Shown here: positions 1 to 9,239 of the stretch, one piece after another | Position numbering within the stretch: position 1 is the stretch's first letter | How the letters are laid out: every line of letters begins with the position of its first letter | Assembly (NCBI GenBank): GCA_037133555.1 | Contig: JBAXNW010000012.1 | Location: 4,906-68,905 of the forward strand | Reading direction: 5' to 3' | Source of the DNA: Bacteroidota bacterium | GTDB lineage: Bacteria > Bacteroidota > Bacteroidia > Bacteroidales > JACABE01 | DNA length: 64,000 bases | Program-made: the position numbers and the translations under genes | The notes under the pieces: generated by a model | Told to the model about the DNA's origin: nothing | The model's database searches: none | What the model saw: the letters and a program-made list of their open reading frames with translations, nothing else

Positions 1-478
1 TGTATTCAAATAGGGTACGTTGGGCAGCTATGTATGATAATGCCACTACTGAGCCCCATTCGTTGATGGCATCCATTTTTTTCGCAACCTGTAATACTTT
101 ATGGAAAGACATTGCCGAAATATCCATTGTTTTGTGGTAATATTCATAATCCAAATCATCATAAGGATGCTTTTTGCGAACATTGGGCGACATGCCTATT
201 GAATGCAACACAAAATCTACTTTACCACCCAGGGTTTCCATGGCTTGTTTAAATAAATTTTCAATGTCAGCTACACTGGTAGCATCAGCAGGAATTACTA
301 TCGTATTGCATTTGATTGCCAATTCGTCTACTTCGCCTAAACGGATGGAAACAGGTGTATTGGTTAATACAAATTGAGCTCCTTCGTCATGAGCTCGTTC
401 GGCTACTTTCCAGGCAATGGATCTATTGTTTAATGCTCCGAAAATGATTCCCTTTTTCCCTTTTAGTAAATTATACAT
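1..478 (-). CDS. fabI: enoyl-[acyl-carrier-protein] reductase (NADH), 5' part only; the gene runs off the window
   Basis: My own minus-strand translation from the ATG at 478-476 gives MYNLLKGKKGIIFGALNNRSIAWKVAERAHDEGAQFVLTNTP... This is the FabI-type SDR N-terminus (GxxxxxSIAW). The ORF stays open to position 1. Confidence 0.8.
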   Translation of the reverse strand, partial: MYNLLKGKKGIIFGALNNRSIAWKVAERAHDEGAQFVLTNTPVSIRLGEVDELAIKCNTIVIPADATSVADIENLFKQAMETLGGKVDFVLHSIGMSPNVRKKHPYDDLDYEYYHKTMDISAMSFHKVLQVAKKMDAINEWGSVVALSYIAAQRTLFEY

Positions 479-550
479 AGTAGTTGTTTTAAATTTTAAT
501 TGATGTAATTGATAAAAGCACCTAGCTTGACAAAAGTACTTTATTTTTTA

Positions 551-2203
551 TTATCGCATTAATTCTCTTGCATTTTCCAGCGCCGAAACAGTAACCTTCT
601 CGTTACTAAGCATTTTTGCAATTTCTTCGACTTTTTCGTTAGCATTTAATTGCTTGATAAGCGATCGTGTAATTTTTTCGTCCGATTGTTTTGAAACAAA
701 ATAATGAATATCTGCTTTGGCTGCAATCTGAGGCAAATGTGTAATAGCTATCAATTGCATGTCATTTGACATTTTTTTCATGATAAGTCCCACTTTTCCA
801 GCAATATCACCTGATACTCCATTGTCAATTTCATCAAAAATAACAGTCGGAAGTAAATTTTGTTTTGATACAATTGATTTTATTGCCAACATCAGGCGGG
901 ATAACTCGCCTCCAGATATCACTTTTGACAATTCTCTTAATTCGCCACCTTTATTGGCGTTGAACAAAAATACAATATCGTTGCTCCCTGAATTATTAAA
1001 ATCTTCAGTTTTGCTTAAAATAATTTTTAAATTTGCTGTTGCCATTCCTAGATTTGAGAGTATGTCTTTTACTGCAACTTCAATCAATGGTGTGGCGGCT
1101 TCTCTTTTTAGCGATAAATCCGCGGAAAGTTTTTTTAACTTGTCAAATTCAATAGCTAAGTTTTTCTCGAGTAAACTGATTTTGTCTTCAAAAGAAGCAA
1201 TGTCGAAGAGTTCGTCGGATATCTTTTGATAAATTTCTAACAGTTCTGCTACCGAAGCTACATTGTGTTTTTTTTCCAAGCGGAAAATTAAATCCAGCCT
1301 TTGCGTCAGTTGTTCTATCAGTTTCGTATCAAAAAGCACTTTCTCTTCAAGAGATGCAGCTTCGTTGGATATATCTTTTAGTTCAATGATACAACTCTGT
1401 AATCGTTCAGTGATTTCTTTGATCTGAGGATGAAAGATAGCTAATTTTGATAAATGGACAGCCAATTCGTTCAGTTGAGCTTCTACATTGAGTTCTGATT
1501 GAGAAAGTGTGTCAATGGTTTTATAAAGTCCTGTTTTGATTTCTTCTGCATTGTTCTGAATTTCAAGTTCTGAGACGATTTCTTGCTGTTCGTTTGCTTT
1601 CAGGTTTGCATTTTCCAGCTCATCGAACAAAAATTGAAGATAATCGCGATGGGTATTGGCTTCTTTTTCCTTTGATTTTAAGTCTTGTAGCTCTATATTC
1701 AGCTGTTGAAATAACTTAAATTCAATTAAGTATTCTTTGATTAATTCCTGGTTGCCAGCTACATTATCAACCACTGCCATCTGAAAATCGGAATTGTTCA
1801 ATGTAAGTGTATTGTGCTGGGAATGAATATCTACTAAGCGTTCACCTAATTCTTTGAGTTGGTTAAGATTAACGGGTGTGTCGTTGATAAATGCTCTGGA
1901 CTTGCCATTGGGAGCTATTTCTCTGCGAAGTAAACATGGGTTTTCTAAATCCAGTTCGTTGCTGACAAAAAAATCATTTAAATTCAGCTTACCTATATTA
2001 AAACTGCCTTCTACAACGCATTTTGAGGATTTATCGAGCAAAACACCAATATCTGTACGTTGCCCTAAAATAAGTGATAAAGCTCCGATGATGATGGATT
2101 TCCCGGCACCGGTTTCACCAGTAATAACGGAAAAACCTGATGAAAAGTCAATTTCTAATTTATCTATTAAAGCGTAATTTTCAATGTATAAGTGTGAAAG
2201 CAT
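551..2203 (-). CDS. recN: DNA repair protein RecN
   Basis: 550 aa. The N-terminus is MLSHLYIENYALIDKLEIDFSSGFSVITGETGAGKSIIIGAL (Walker A), followed by a long coiled-coil middle and a C-terminal SGGELSRLMLA signature. Confidence 0.9.
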   Translation of the reverse strand: MLSHLYIENYALIDKLEIDFSSGFSVITGETGAGKSIIIGALSLILGQRTDIGVLLDKSSKCVVEGSFNIGKLNLNDFFVSNELDLENPCLLRREIAPNGKSRAFINDTPVNLNQLKELGERLVDIHSQHNTLTLNNSDFQMAVVDNVAGNQELIKEYLIEFKLFQQLNIELQDLKSKEKEANTHRDYLQFLFDELENANLKANEQQEIVSELEIQNNAEEIKTGLYKTIDTLSQSELNVEAQLNELAVHLSKLAIFHPQIKEITERLQSCIIELKDISNEAASLEEKVLFDTKLIEQLTQRLDLIFRLEKKHNVASVAELLEIYQKISDELFDIASFEDKISLLEKNLAIEFDKLKKLSADLSLKREAATPLIEVAVKDILSNLGMATANLKIILSKTEDFNNSGSNDIVFLFNANKGGELRELSKVISGGELSRLMLAIKSIVSKQNLLPTVIFDEIDNGVSGDIAGKVGLIMKKMSNDMQLIAITHLPQIAAKADIHYFVSKQSDEKITRSLIKQLNANEKVEEIAKMLSNEKVTVSALENARELMR

Positions 2204-2231
2204 GTAGATAACTAAAAAGGTTCATATGCTA

Positions 2232-2239
2232 CAAAGATA
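2232..2239 (-). promoter_or_regulatory. candidate Bacteroidota -7 box (TATCTTTG on the minus strand) upstream of recN
   Basis: Exact TAnnTTTG match 29 nt upstream of the recN ATG. The motif is expected by chance about once per 1-2 kb per strand in DNA this AT-rich, so only its position supports it. Confidence 0.4.
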
Positions 2240-2327
2240 AATAAAAGAAGGTAGATGTGTGAAAAATATTTTTATGAATAAAAATTAATGTAGTTTATCG
2301 TAAATGCAGTAGAAACAAACTTCGACT

Positions 2328-3227
2328 TTAATTTTTATTTAGAATACCTTGGTATTTGCTCGCATTGGCAGGGTCAATTTCTATCAGATTATTAATAATC
2401 TTTGCCTTGTCCTGAGGAGATGCTTTGGAAAAAATATTTACAATTTCGTCGGATTTAGCATCCATAAATAATTGTATACTAAATAATCCCGGTTTTTCAC
2501 GGTAAGCTTTTCTGAGTAATTCTATGCTTTCGGCAATGGCAGTTCTGCCTGTTTCGATATTGTCATACATGGCATCCAAACCCAAACGGTGATATTTATA
2601 GTTTGCCTGACGGACTGAGCTATAGGCGCTATTCATTAGATTTTCAACCAGCCAAAAACGGTTTTTTTGACTTTCAAATGATTTCCATCCTTTTTCGGGT
2701 GTATTTTGTGCAAGGTTTACAATATTTTGTGCTTTTTCAAAATAGGGTGAGCCACCATTGGGTGAAAATGAATCAAAATCCATACCCAGATATACATAAC
2801 AGTAATAGGCAATTACTGAAGTGAGGTTAGATGTAAATGTATTGTCAACATAATCTATTGTTTGAAATTCAACATATTTAAATTGAAAATCTTTATCAAT
2901 ATAATTTAATAAAACCGAATTGTAAGAAGTACGATAAACGGGGCGACGCAATTGAAGATTGATAGTACCTTTAAACTCATCCTGGCTAATTCTTTCATTC
3001 ACTGTAATAATAATACTGCATTCAATCTTTTCTTCCTGTTTGTAAGTATAGTTGGTCCATGTTTTACTATTTACAAATTCGTAAAGTGCAGTTCTTAAAT
3101 TATCATATACACTTCTGTCGGTACCTTGCACCTGAGGCGCTGATACTTGTATGTTGCAAATAAATTCCTGAGCAAAACTTAAACTAGGTAAAATGGCAAA
3201 GAGTATATAAATTATTGTTTTTTTCAT
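2328..3227 (-). CDS. DUF4835-family secreted protein (I recall this family being labelled T9SS PorD in some annotations)
   Basis: It sits in the conserved recN / DUF4835 / coaBC / rpoZ-like / bamD synteny typical of Bacteroidota. The signal peptide MKKTIIYILFAILPSLSFAQE suggests the start is the internal ATG at 3227, not 3254. The family assignment is from memory of the QE..C.IQV...VQGTD.. N-terminal pattern. Confidence 0.6.
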   Translation of the reverse strand: MKKTIIYILFAILPSLSFAQEFICNIQVSAPQVQGTDRSVYDNLRTALYEFVNSKTWTNYTYKQEEKIECSIIITVNERISQDEFKGTINLQLRRPVYRTSYNSVLLNYIDKDFQFKYVEFQTIDYVDNTFTSNLTSVIAYYCYVYLGMDFDSFSPNGGSPYFEKAQNIVNLAQNTPEKGWKSFESQKNRFWLVENLMNSAYSSVRQANYKYHRLGLDAMYDNIETGRTAIAESIELLRKAYREKPGLFSIQLFMDAKSDEIVNIFSKASPQDKAKIINNLIEIDPANASKYQGILNKN

Positions 3228-3231
3228 TTTT

Positions 3232-4431
3232 TTATAATTGAATTTGAAGTACATAGCTTACGATGTCTTTTGCAATCTCTTTTTTTGATTTTAGATCAGA
3301 ATGTTTAGCATTTTTATTTTTATCAAAAATAGTTACTTTGTTAGTTTCGCATCCAAAACCTGCACCTTTATCGTTTAAAGAATTTAAAACGATGAAATCA
3401 AGATTTTTATTATTCAATTTCAGGAGGGCATGCTCGTTTTCTTTTTCAGTTTCAAGTGCAAAGCCAACTAAGATTTGTTTTTTTGTCTTTAGTTGTCCTA
3501 ATTTTGCAATAATATCGATGGTTGGGATCAATTTTATTTGAGGAAGTTCTTTTGTTTTTTTTATTTTGTTTTCGGAAGGAAACGCAATCGTAAAATCAGC
3601 CACAGCAGCTGCCATCACAGTATAATCAGATTCTGGGAAAAAGGCAATGCATTTTTCGTACATTTCACTAGCCGAAACAACGTTGTGTCGCTGAATCAAA
3701 GGATGATATATTTCTAAATGAACAGGTCCGGTAACCAAAGTTACATTTGCCCCTAAATTGGCAAATATTTCTGCCAAGACAAAACCCATTTTGCCGGATG
3801 AATGATTTCCTATATATCTTACAGGGTCAATGGCTTCATAAGTAGGGCCAGCCGTAATTAAAACCTTTTTCCCTTTTAAGATTGCTTTTTCATCATAATA
3901 GGAATTGATAAAAGTAATAATATTTTCAGGCTCTTCCATTCTGCCCTTGCCTTCATACCCACAAGCTAGTTCACCTTCAGCCGCTTCAATAAAATGTATC
4001 CCTTTAGAAACAAGGTATGAGATGTTTTTTTGAACTGAAAAATGTTCGTACATTTTGCAATTCATAGCGGGTGCAATAAAAATATCTTTATTGAAAGCCA
4101 AAAATGAAGTAGATAAAGCGTCATCAGCAATACCATTGGCAAATTTACCGATAATGTTGGCTGTGGCAGGAGCAATTACCATAAAATCAGCCCAATCGGT
4201 CAATGCAATATGTTCGGTCGAGTAATCGTTGTTTTCGGCAAACATATCCACGTAAACTTTATTTTTTGATAAAGTTTCGAGTGTGATTTTAGTGACAAAT
4301 TGAAGTGCATTCCGGCTTACAACCACCTTCACTTCAGCACCGGCTTTTACAAACATACGAATCAGATAAACAGCTTTATAAGCTGCTATTCCTCCGCTGA
4401 TTCCAAGTAGTATTTTTTTGCCATTCAACAT
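3232..4431 (-). CDS. coaBC: bifunctional phosphopantothenoylcysteine decarboxylase / phosphopantothenate-cysteine ligase
   Basis: 399 aa. It has an N-terminal flavoprotein pattern (KKILLGISGGIAAYKA) and a C-terminal CoaB half (GPT.E.IDPVR.I.N.SSGKMG). Confidence 0.9.
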   Translation of the reverse strand: MLNGKKILLGISGGIAAYKAVYLIRMFVKAGAEVKVVVSRNALQFVTKITLETLSKNKVYVDMFAENNDYSTEHIALTDWADFMVIAPATANIIGKFANGIADDALSTSFLAFNKDIFIAPAMNCKMYEHFSVQKNISYLVSKGIHFIEAAEGELACGYEGKGRMEEPENIITFINSYYDEKAILKGKKVLITAGPTYEAIDPVRYIGNHSSGKMGFVLAEIFANLGANVTLVTGPVHLEIYHPLIQRHNVVSASEMYEKCIAFFPESDYTVMAAAVADFTIAFPSENKIKKTKELPQIKLIPTIDIIAKLGQLKTKKQILVGFALETEKENEHALLKLNNKNLDFIVLNSLNDKGAGFGCETNKVTIFDKNKNAKHSDLKSKKEIAKDIVSYVLQIQL

Positions 4432-4448
4432 TTACGCTGTTTTTAGTA

Positions 4449-4494
4449 ATAAAAAAAAGGTATAAATATCCCTTAACAAGTTCATTTATACCTT
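4449..4494 (-). terminator. rho-independent terminator after the rpoZ-like gene
   Basis: An 11-bp stem (aaggtataaat 4457-4467 / atttatacctt 4484-4494) is followed on the minus strand by a T8 run (plus-strand A-run 4449-4456). Confidence 0.55.
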
Positions 4495-4512
4495 TGTCTG
4501 TTTGGTGATCAA

Positions 4513-4851
4513 TTAAAATTGATTACCAGAAGCTTCTTTAACCGGGTTGCGGTAATAGATTTTATCGTTTAAGAACTCATGAATAGACAACAAAGTAGAT
4601 TTTGGTAAATGTTCATAATATTTAGCCACTTCAATTTGTTCTCTGTTTTCGAAAATTTCTTCCAGATTATCATTGGGTGTAGCAAATTCCTGAAGTTTAC
4701 CATGTAGCTCTTCTTTTATTTCTGTTGAAATTTGGTTAGCCCGTTTTGATAAAATTGATAAATTTTCGTACACATTATTTGTGTTTTTATAAAAATCAGT
4801 AGTGTTGCGTGTTACTGCGGTAGTTTCCGTTTTTATTTTTTTAAAATCCAT
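4513..4851 (-). CDS. rpoZ: Bacteroidota-type RNA polymerase omega-like subunit
   Basis: 112 aa with the motif ...YENLSILSKRANQISTEIKEEL...EIFENREQIEVAKYYE.LPK... and the conserved position between bamD and coaBC. Confidence 0.6.
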   Translation of the reverse strand: MDFKKIKTETTAVTRNTTDFYKNTNNVYENLSILSKRANQISTEIKEELHGKLQEFATPNDNLEEIFENREQIEVAKYYEHLPKSTLLSIHEFLNDKIYYRNPVKEASGNQF

Positions 4852-4865
4852 TTTTATTGTATGAT

Positions 4866-5663
4866 TTATTTGTTTTCGTAAATTGAAATAGCATTATTGT
4901 TCAATCCCAAGGCTTCATTTTTAAATTTTGAATCAGGATACAAACTCACCAAGGCGTTGTATGCATCTAAAACAGTTTTAAATCTTTCTTGTTTCTTGTT
5001 TTCAATACTATTTTTTGCATAGTAATAATTTGACTTTAAGATATAAAACATTATCTCTTCGCGATAGGATGTTTCAGGAAAGTCTTTTAATATATTTGAA
5101 AATGCAATTTGAGCTGCATTGTAAGATTCTGTTTTATAATATAATTTAGCAATTTCAAAAGCTTTCTCAATCAGTTTCATTCTCAAACCATCAATTAATT
5201 TATTGGCTTCAGCTACTCTTTCGCTTTTGGGGTAATAATTAATAAATAATTGTAAATCTTTAAGCGCTTCATGCGTGCTCGATTGATCCAGCGAAAAGGT
5301 AGGGGAATCCAGGTATTTGCAATAAGCACTCATATATAAACATTCTTCAGAATATTTACTGTTAGGGAAAATCTTTACAAAATTTTTAAAATGATAACTT
5401 GCAACAACATAGTCCCCTTGACCATAATAACAATAGGCATAATAATAATGAATTTTTTCAGCCTGTTCTTTACCTCTGTAAATAGCAATTACATTGTCAA
5501 ACATTTGTAAAGCACGATAGTAATCATGCTTTTCATAATATTTAATACCCATCTCCAGCTTTTTGGCATGATCTGAACTTTTAAGCAAATGCTGATATTT
5601 GCTGCAGGAAGTAAATTGAAAGAGGGCAACTATAAATAGTAAGTATATCAGTTTCTTAATCAT
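4866..5663 (-). CDS. bamD: outer membrane protein assembly factor BamD (TPR lipoprotein)
   Basis: 265 aa with a lipoprotein signal ending FTSC, TPR-like repeats (YYEKHDYYRALQMFD, YYYAYCYYGQGDY) and conserved synteny. Confidence 0.8.
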   Translation of the reverse strand: MIKKLIYLLFIVALFQFTSCSKYQHLLKSSDHAKKLEMGIKYYEKHDYYRALQMFDNVIAIYRGKEQAEKIHYYYAYCYYGQGDYVVASYHFKNFVKIFPNSKYSEECLYMSAYCKYLDSPTFSLDQSSTHEALKDLQLFINYYPKSERVAEANKLIDGLRMKLIEKAFEIAKLYYKTESYNAAQIAFSNILKDFPETSYREEIMFYILKSNYYYAKNSIENKKQERFKTVLDAYNALVSLYPDSKFKNEALGLNNNAISIYENK

Positions 5664-5667
5664 TGTG

Positions 5668-5675
5668 CAAAATTA
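5668..5675 (-). promoter_or_regulatory. candidate -7 box (TAATTTTG on the minus strand) only 4 nt from the bamD ATG
   Basis: Exact TAnnTTTG. The layout reads TAATTTTG-CACA-ATG on the minus strand. Confidence 0.45.
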
Positions 5676-5771
5676 ATTTTTTTTACTGATATATGAAACG
5701 ATTTTTGTAAAGTTTTATTATATAATGTTAAAAATGAAGTTGGAATTGGGATATTAAGTTATTAAGTTGTT

Positions 5772-6028
5772 GGGTTATTAAGTTGCTAACTGCTGCTAGT
5801 GTATTGTAAATGATTGATTTATAATATTTTCTGCACCAAAATATGTTTTGTTTGTTCAAGAAATAATGTATTCGCGATTTATTATTTTAAAAGGGAAATG
5901 ACATTTGGTTATTAAGACAATAAGTTATTGGGTTATTAAGTCGCCAATTGCTACTAAAATATTGTAAATGTTTAATATATATTGTTTTCTACGCTAAAAT
6001 ATGTTTTGTTAGTTCAAGAAAAAATGTA
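5772..6028. repeat. two copies of a ~99-nt unit in direct orientation (5772-5870 and 5930-6028, period 158 nt)
   Basis: Hand alignment: gggttattaagttgctaactgctgctagtgtattgtaaatg...aaatatgttttgtttgttcaagaaataatgta versus gggttattaagtcgccaattgctactaaaatattgtaaatg...aaatatgttttgttagttcaagaaaaaatgta. The copies match at roughly four fifths of positions by eye. Confidence 0.8.
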
Positions 6029-6062
6029 CAATAATTATTCCAATATCCCAATAACTCAATAA

Positions 6063-6638
6063 CTAAACCAACCAGTTCTTTATCATTATCAGTCCGCCTT
6101 GAGTGATATGGGATTCTGGATGAAATTGTAGTCCATGAATATCGAATTGTTTGTGCCTGATTGCCATAATTTTATCTTGATTATCTATGGCTGTAATTGC
6201 TAATTCATCAGGAAAGTTTTCACGACTTACTACCCAGGAATGGTAACGACCACTTGTAAAGCGATTCGGCATATTTAAAAATATTTTATCAGCTTCTTTG
6301 TTTATGAGAATGGTTTCAGAAGCAATTCCATGCATTACATGCTGCATTTGCTCTAATTTAGCACCGAAACATTCTGCTATTGCCTGATGTCCCAAGCAAA
6401 TACCCAACATTTTTTTGGATAAAGCGTAGTGTTTGATTAAGTCGCACATAATGCCTGCTTCCGATGGGATACCAGGGCCAGGAGAGAATAGAAAGGCATC
6501 AAATTTCCCAGCTTCCTTCAGCGTAATTTGATCGTTTTTTTTAATAACATAATCACTTACACCGGATTGTTCAATCAGTTGAACTAAGTTGTAAGTAAAT
6601 GAATCGTAATTATCTACGATTAATAGTCTGTTTCTCAT
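6063..6638 (-). CDS. pabA: glutamine amidotransferase subunit of anthranilate / aminodeoxychorismate synthase (component II)
   Basis: 191 aa. It is a class-I GATase with LGICLGHQ (catalytic Cys) and HPES near the C-terminus. TrpG versus PabA cannot be resolved from sequence alone. Confidence 0.8.
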   Translation of the reverse strand: MRNRLLIVDNYDSFTYNLVQLIEQSGVSDYVIKKNDQITLKEAGKFDAFLFSPGPGIPSEAGIMCDLIKHYALSKKMLGICLGHQAIAECFGAKLEQMQHVMHGIASETILINKEADKIFLNMPNRFTSGRYHSWVVSRENFPDELAITAIDNQDKIMAIRHKQFDIHGLQFHPESHITQGGLIMIKNWLV

Positions 6639-6700
6639 TCTTTAAGATTTTCCAAAAATATTTCATGTAATTAAGTGCAATTTCCTCCTACTACTAATGG

Positions 6701-6708
6701 CAAACCTA
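6701..6708 (-). promoter_or_regulatory. candidate -7 box (TAGGTTTG on the minus strand) for pabA
   Basis: Exact TAnnTTTG 63 nt upstream of the pabA ATG. It lies in the left arm of an 11-bp perfect inverted repeat (6700-6710 / 6751-6761). Confidence 0.4.
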
Positions 6709-6752
6709 CAATTTTTTTAGCTATATTCTTTTAAAAAATCAAAAAATATATG

Positions 6753-6760
6753 TAGGTTTG
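6753..6760 (+). promoter_or_regulatory. candidate -7 box (TAGGTTTG) for the glycosyltransferase operon
   Basis: Exact TAnnTTTG 18 nt upstream of ATG 6779. It overlaps the ORF track's TTG start (6758), which argues that 6779 is the real start. Confidence 0.45.
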
Positions 6761-6778
6761 CTAATTATTAATTCGGGC

Positions 6779-7963
6779 ATGGAGCAACAAAAATTAAAAG
6801 TATTGTTTATTTCATCATGGTTTCCCAACAAAGTGAATCCGACTTTGGGCAATTTTGTTGAAAAACATGCAGAAGCTGTTTCGCTTTATGCCGATGTTGC
6901 AGTGTTGTATGTTTGTTTCGATGCTTTGCTCACTTCAAAACAATCCTATGTTTATGAAAAACAGCATAAGCTGGATGTTCATATCGTTTATCTGAGAAAA
7001 ATCAAACACAACCTCCCCTTTATAGCAAGTTTAGTTAAACTTTTCAAGATAATTAAAGCCTATCATTATGGATTCCATCAAATCTATAAAAAAGACAAAC
7101 CAGATATTGTTCATGCTAACATATTGATTCCTATAGGGATCATTGCATATTATTTAAAACTTATATACCATATCCCTTATATTATTACTGAACACTGGAC
7201 AGGATACCTGCCACAGGATGCTAATAAACCATCATGGACTTTGTTTTTTTACCGATATTTTGCGAAAAAAGCAGGCGCAATAACACCTGTTACACTAAGC
7301 CTCGCAAAGGCAATGCAGGATTTTAATATTAAAGGCGATTATAAAGTAATACCGAATGTAGTTGAAACCAATTTGTTTAAAAAAAAGGAATTGAGTTCAG
7401 ATACAATAAAACATATCATTCACATTTCTTCTCTGGTTGATGAGCAAAAAAACTTTAGCGGAATACTGTTTGCCATCCATGAACTTGCAAAACACAGAGA
7501 TGATTTTGTACTTGAAATAATCAGTGATGGCGATTTTCAGCAATATCAGGCTAAAATTGAAAGATTAGGGATTGCTGATAAAATTATTTATCATGGTAAA
7601 AAAAATACTGCCGAAGTAGCTGCCATTTTTGCTCGTTGCGATTTTTTGCTACTTTATAGTAATTACGAAAATTTTCCCTGTGTAATAGCCGAGGCAATGT
7701 CTTGTGGATTAGCTGTTTTGTCAACAGATGTTGGTGGTATTGCAGAACATATTAACGAAAGCAATGGGATTCTAATTGAAGCCCATAATTCGGAAATACT
7801 CATTTCGGCCCTCATGCTTATGCTCTCGAATTGCAGTAACTATGATGCGACAAAAATTCGAGCTTATGCTGAAAATTATTTCAGCTATCAAGTTATAGGA
7901 AAACAATACATAGAAGTTTATCAGTCGGTTCTTAACAAAACAAACAATCAAGGTGCTAGGTAA
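6779..7963 (+). CDS. family 4 (GT-B) glycosyltransferase
   Basis: The N-terminus KVLFISSWFPNK..P..G.FV and the C-terminal E.FP.V..EAMSCG..V.ST.VGG..E pattern are typical of GT4. The start was moved to the first ATG. Confidence 0.8.
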   Translation: MEQQKLKVLFISSWFPNKVNPTLGNFVEKHAEAVSLYADVAVLYVCFDALLTSKQSYVYEKQHKLDVHIVYLRKIKHNLPFIASLVKLFKIIKAYHYGFHQIYKKDKPDIVHANILIPIGIIAYYLKLIYHIPYIITEHWTGYLPQDANKPSWTLFFYRYFAKKAGAITPVTLSLAKAMQDFNIKGDYKVIPNVVETNLFKKKELSSDTIKHIIHISSLVDEQKNFSGILFAIHELAKHRDDFVLEIISDGDFQQYQAKIERLGIADKIIYHGKKNTAEVAAIFARCDFLLLYSNYENFPCVIAEAMSCGLAVLSTDVGGIAEHINESNGILIEAHNSEILISALMLMLSNCSNYDATKIRAYAENYFSYQVIGKQYIEVYQSVLNKTNNQGAR

Positions 7964-9239
7964 AATTTTCAATACTTTTTCAATAAAATTTGTTTCTGCA
8001 ATCTGTAATTTGCTGATTGCCATAATTGTTTCCAGATTTCTGGGTGCATCTGGCAAAGGTGAACAAACGATTGTACTCACTACCATTTCCTTTATTCTTA
8101 TTTTTGTAAACATTGCTGGTGGTGCTACCCTGGTTTATCTGACACCTCGTTATAAAATAAGCCATTTAATCAGCCTTTCCTATATTTGGAGTTTATTTAC
8201 CGCCTTCGTTTTTTATTGTATTCTTTACTTTTCAAGTATAGTAGACAAAGAATTTGTTATTCATATCTGTTTGCTATCGCTCATCAATTCCTATGCAGCC
8301 ATCAATTCGAATATATTATTGGGTAAAGAAAAAGTAAATGCTTCCAATTGGATAAATCTGGTGCAACCTGTTTTTACCTTGGCGGCTTTGTTGCTGTTTT
8401 TCATCTTCCTTAAAAAAACAGATGTAATGTCCTATCTGTATTCATTGTATATTGCTTATACCCTTAGTTTTTTCTTAAGTATTTTGTTTTTGAAAAAGAA
8501 AACAATTGTGTCTGCTGAGCCATTCCTAAATTGGAAGGCTACATTGCTTGCCATGTTTAGCCTGGGTTTTTTTAATCAGATTTCACATATTACTGCTATG
8601 CTCAATGCCCGTTTGAGTTATTATCTGCTTGAAAAATACAAGGGTGTGGAGCAAGTCGGAATTTATTCCAACGGGGTTTCTTTAACTGAGGCTGTATGGA
8701 TGATTAGCGGAAGCATGGCCATGGTTCAGTATGCCCGAATTTCGAATTCCAGTGATTACAAATCTTCTCAAAAGCTAACTGTAGATTTAACCAAAATAAG
8801 TTTCTTGATAAGCTTTGCAATCATCTTTTTAATGATATTACTTCCATCCGAATTTTATAGTTATATTTTTGGTAAGGAATTTGTGAACATCAACCGTATC
8901 ATGTTGTGCTTGGCTCCAGGCGTGATTGTGTATAGCTTTTCTCTTTTGATTGGACATTATTTTTCAGGAACCGGAAAAATATATATTAATACAATTTCTT
9001 CTTCATTCGGATTGATTATTACTTTGTTACTGAGCTTCTGGGCAATTCCTCAATGGGGTTTTTACGGGGCAGCTATTGTAACAAGTATTTCTTATATAAT
9101 TACTTCTACTGTTGTTGTTTATTTTTTCCGTAAAGAAAGTGGATATGGAATAAAAGACCTATTCCCTCAATGGATAGATGTAAAAATGTATACTGAACGT
9201 TTAAAATTAATGTTCATTCAAAACAAGACAGATTTATGA
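7953..9239 (+). CDS. polysaccharide flippase-like (Wzx/MOP superfamily) membrane protein
   Basis: 428 aa and hydrophobic throughout, with many predicted TM segments. It has a GTG start overlapping the GT4 stop and an ATGA overlap with the next gene. Confidence 0.7.
   Translation: MLGKIFNTFSIKFVSAICNLLIAIIVSRFLGASGKGEQTIVLTTISFILIFVNIAGGATLVYLTPRYKISHLISLSYIWSLFTAFVFYCILYFSSIVDKEFVIHICLLSLINSYAAINSNILLGKEKVNASNWINLVQPVFTLAALLLFFIFLKKTDVMSYLYSLYIAYTLSFFLSILFLKKKTIVSAEPFLNWKATLLAMFSLGFFNQISHITAMLNARLSYYLLEKYKGVEQVGIYSNGVSLTEAVWMISGSMAMVQYARISNSSDYKSSQKLTVDLTKISFLISFAIIFLMILLPSEFYSYIFGKEFVNINRIMLCLAPGVIVYSFSLLIGHYFSGTGKIYINTISSSFGLIITLLLSFWAIPQWGFYGAAIVTSISYIITSTVVVYFFRKESGYGIKDLFPQWIDVKMYTERLKLMFIQNKTDL

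Noticed and set aside
759-2177. Long plus-strand ORFs (759-1229, 1854-2177) inside recN. Similar antisense ORFs occur inside pgk, porU, the sulfatases, the ATP-grasp gene and other genes.
   Set aside because: They lie entirely antisense to well-supported genes, have low-complexity Ser/Phe/Ile-rich translations typical of shadow frames in AT-rich DNA, and have no promoter or start context.
5772-6028. Possible CRISPR array or minisatellite.
   Set aside because: There are only two copies. The units are ~99 nt at a 158-nt period, are imperfect, lack the short palindromic repeat / unique spacer organisation, and no cas genes are present. It is kept as a tandem repeat instead.
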